Made by a program: the position numbers and the translations under genes. From Macrostomum lignano (taxonomy: Eukaryota), in assembly GCA_002269645.1 (NCBI GenBank), contig NIVC01001813.1, forward strand, positions 170,559 through 234,558: a stretch of DNA of 64,000 nt, written 5' to 3'. Below, piece by piece: positions 61,601-64,000 of the stretch. Each line of letters begins with the position of its first letter. Positions within the stretch are counted from its first letter, which is position 1. Under the pieces are notes generated by a model. The model ran no database searches. It was not told the origin of the DNA and worked only from the letters and a program-made list of their open reading frames with translations.

Positions 61601-64000
61601 GTTTACGGAAGCCATGACTACCTGTGAGCATTTTGCAACCATAGTACGTTCGTACAGCGTAAGCTAGAAGTACAGGCATGAAAGTGGACATCTTTAGTTC
61701 TTTCTAATAGCTTTGCCGGTTCCAAAATAGTCGTAGGAAAATGACAGTCATACTTAAAAATATAACCCATTATTAATATATTGATTAGTGCCTCTGTGAG
61801 CCCAGTGCCAAAAAGTAAAAGTACATATGTCTGAATTCCATTTCCGTATAATATTGTACCACTACACTACTAAATCGAATTACTGATTATTACCAGCGTA
61901 CACTGCTAAAGAAGGAAGTTCAACTTGCAGAAACTCAAGACTGCTTCAAGAGTCTCAAAATCTAGAGATTTAAAGTGCTGCTAACTTTTGACCACAAATC
62001 CAGGGGCCGTAGCGCCGACTGGCGAATCCCTGTTTCTGAACTCGTCGACCCCGCCAACAGCTGCCACTAACTGGACGCCGCTCTATTGGAATGCTGCTTG
62101 GAACACCAACCAGACGGCGCTGATTGAGGCACTCTTTCTTCGGCAACGAGACAGTCTACAACGCCTCAGTGGCGGCTTGCTCTGCCAAGCTCAGCAACAC
62201 AACCGAGTACCGGTACTGCATACTCGAGTTTGTTGACTGCAAACTGCAGGCCTCGTGCTCAGAAGCTTACCTTACTCGCCTAGACTCTCTGGTTGTGCAG
62301 CTCAAAGACCTCTCCTGCTTGCCACCGCAGTGGAACGCAACTTCCACTCCGTTCAATGTTAAAGAAGGCGACATCTTCAAAATGGAGCTTGCGACGGTGG
62401 TAGATGGCGGCAGTTCTGGCCGAACTTTTTCAAAGATTTCAGGACCAGTTGGACTAAACGTGTATGAGAACGGCAGTTTTGACCTGGGTGCCAGCTCAGA
62501 GCGAAATCTCAGCGCTGATCGTGCTGAGGTTGCTGACGTGGCCAGCGGCTGCGCCAGTCTCTCTGGCCGGTGCCGCTCAGATGACCAGACGGAACGGCCT
62601 GTGTCCGCCAACGCTGCTGAAAGTTTTGCGACTCCATTGGCCTCGGGAATCGCCATCACGCCTCAGAGTGAGTAGGCAGTCAATAGTGTCAGACGCAATT
62701 GACTGCAACTGCAAGTTGTGTCTACTGCAAGTAGACACAAAATGAGTGTCAGTTTTCAATGTCCCATTCGATCTCTATTAACATTTTTGGTGTCTTTTTA
62801 TATCAATAATTTTAGACCAGGCTTCCATGTCTGCCTGCGAATGCAGCCAAAATTATTACGGCCCTAACTGCACTTTCGCAACCTGTCCGTTAAACTGCTT
62901 TGCGTGCAATACCACCCTAGCAACAAGCTGCTCTTCCACCTGTCCCGCAAACTACGACCTGTCCACATCCGGCAGTCTGACCATCTGTGCCTACAGAGAC
63001 CGATGCGACAATTCCGCGTGCACAGGCGCTGCCTACACCGGGTGCATCAGTGCCGACCCAGCAATACAAACCGAATTCTACAAGCACCAGTGCATCTGCG
63101 CGACTGGCTTTCAGTACCCGCTCAGCAATCTGGCGAATAAGACTCGATGCGAGGGTGCGTAGCGAGAAAATTAGTTTTACTGCAACTATTAGCTGTCCTA
63201 TTCAATATTAGCTTTGATTTCAACATTTTAGATATCAACGAGTGTCTGCTGCCAACGCATTGTGACACCAGCAAAAACAGAACTTGCAACAACACTGCGC
63301 CGGGCTTCAGCTGCCCTTGCAGCGATGGATTTGAGCCTGTGGATGCAGGCTGCACAACAGGGACATGCAGCTGCAAGGACATCAATGAGTGCTCAAAAAA
63401 TTCCAGCATCTGCTCGAACGGCAACTGCACCAACACCATCGGGTCGTACCGGTGCGAATGTTCGACTGGCTTCTACGCAGAGACATCGCGCAAGTGCTCG
63501 GACATCGACGAGTGCGCCAACCCGGCAACCAGCAAGTGCACACACGACTGCACCAACACGCCGGGAGGCTTTAATTGCACCTGCAAAAACGGTTTCGCTC
63601 ATCCGAGCAGCGATCCGGTGGCTTGTGTTGCCCAAAGAACTGCACGAGCAATACTTGCGCGTACAAGAGCATGTGCGCCAAAGTCGGTGACGCGGACACG
63701 TGCTACTGCTTGCCAAAGCAGACTCTGTCCGGAACGGCATGCAATCGTAAGTGATTCTTAGCAAAACGGTGCTTGGATTCAGGTGTATCTTTTCAGAGCT
63801 TAGGTCCAAAAACGGAATGGTGTTTAGACTTAAATTAACTCTCACAAATCCGCAAATTCTACTTTTAGCCGCATCTTACTGCACAGCCGCTACCTGTGGC
63901 GCGGCGGCAACTGCACAGACGTCGGCGAGCCCTCCACCGGCTACAGCTGTGTCTGTGGCGAGCACTACGAGAAAAATAGCCTCGGCACGTGCGTCAGTGA
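58688..64000 (+). CDS. MUC4/SUSD2-like extracellular protein (signal-EGF-NIDO-AMOP-like-VWD-EGF/cbEGF), multi-exon, truncated at the window end
   Basis: NIDO: FIAPF..ITWDKM..FQ..IFTD. AMOP-like: FDYCC..LCNLYY. VWD: TGAGLFRTFDNYQYKF..GDF and GLLGNNDANSQNE. cbEGF: DINEC repeats. Confidence 0.8.

Overview
Eukaryotic (animal) genomic DNA with GC-rich exons and introns packed with gene-specific minisatellites. This style resembles a free-living flatworm such as Macrostomum, but the species is inference only. Many of the long ORFs in the track are artefacts of tandem repeats. Genes, left to right: GRB2-like SH3-SH2-SH3 adaptor (-), CNOT2-like (-), REX1BD-like (+), a dispersed replication-dependent histone cluster (H2B, variant H3, H2A, frameshifted H2B; no H4 or H1 recognised), 9-exon TTC17-like (-), a near-complete Ngaro-type tyrosine-recombinase retrotransposon (38.3-43.0 kb), a coiled-coil gene (-), a STING-domain gene at 48.4-50.4 kb, an unknown gene, a secreted PAN plus ALK/LTK-type glycine-rich protein, and a MUC4/SUSD2-like NIDO-AMOP-VWD-EGF gene that runs off the end. 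hAT MITEs and tRNA-derived SINEs are also present. The top find is the 48.4-50.4 kb gene. Once spliced by hand, it encodes a transmembrane-less STING ligand-binding domain between two TIR-like domains (TIR-STING-TIR), with a diverged cyclic-dinucleotide pocket. All protein assignments come from recalled motif comparison and no database search was run.
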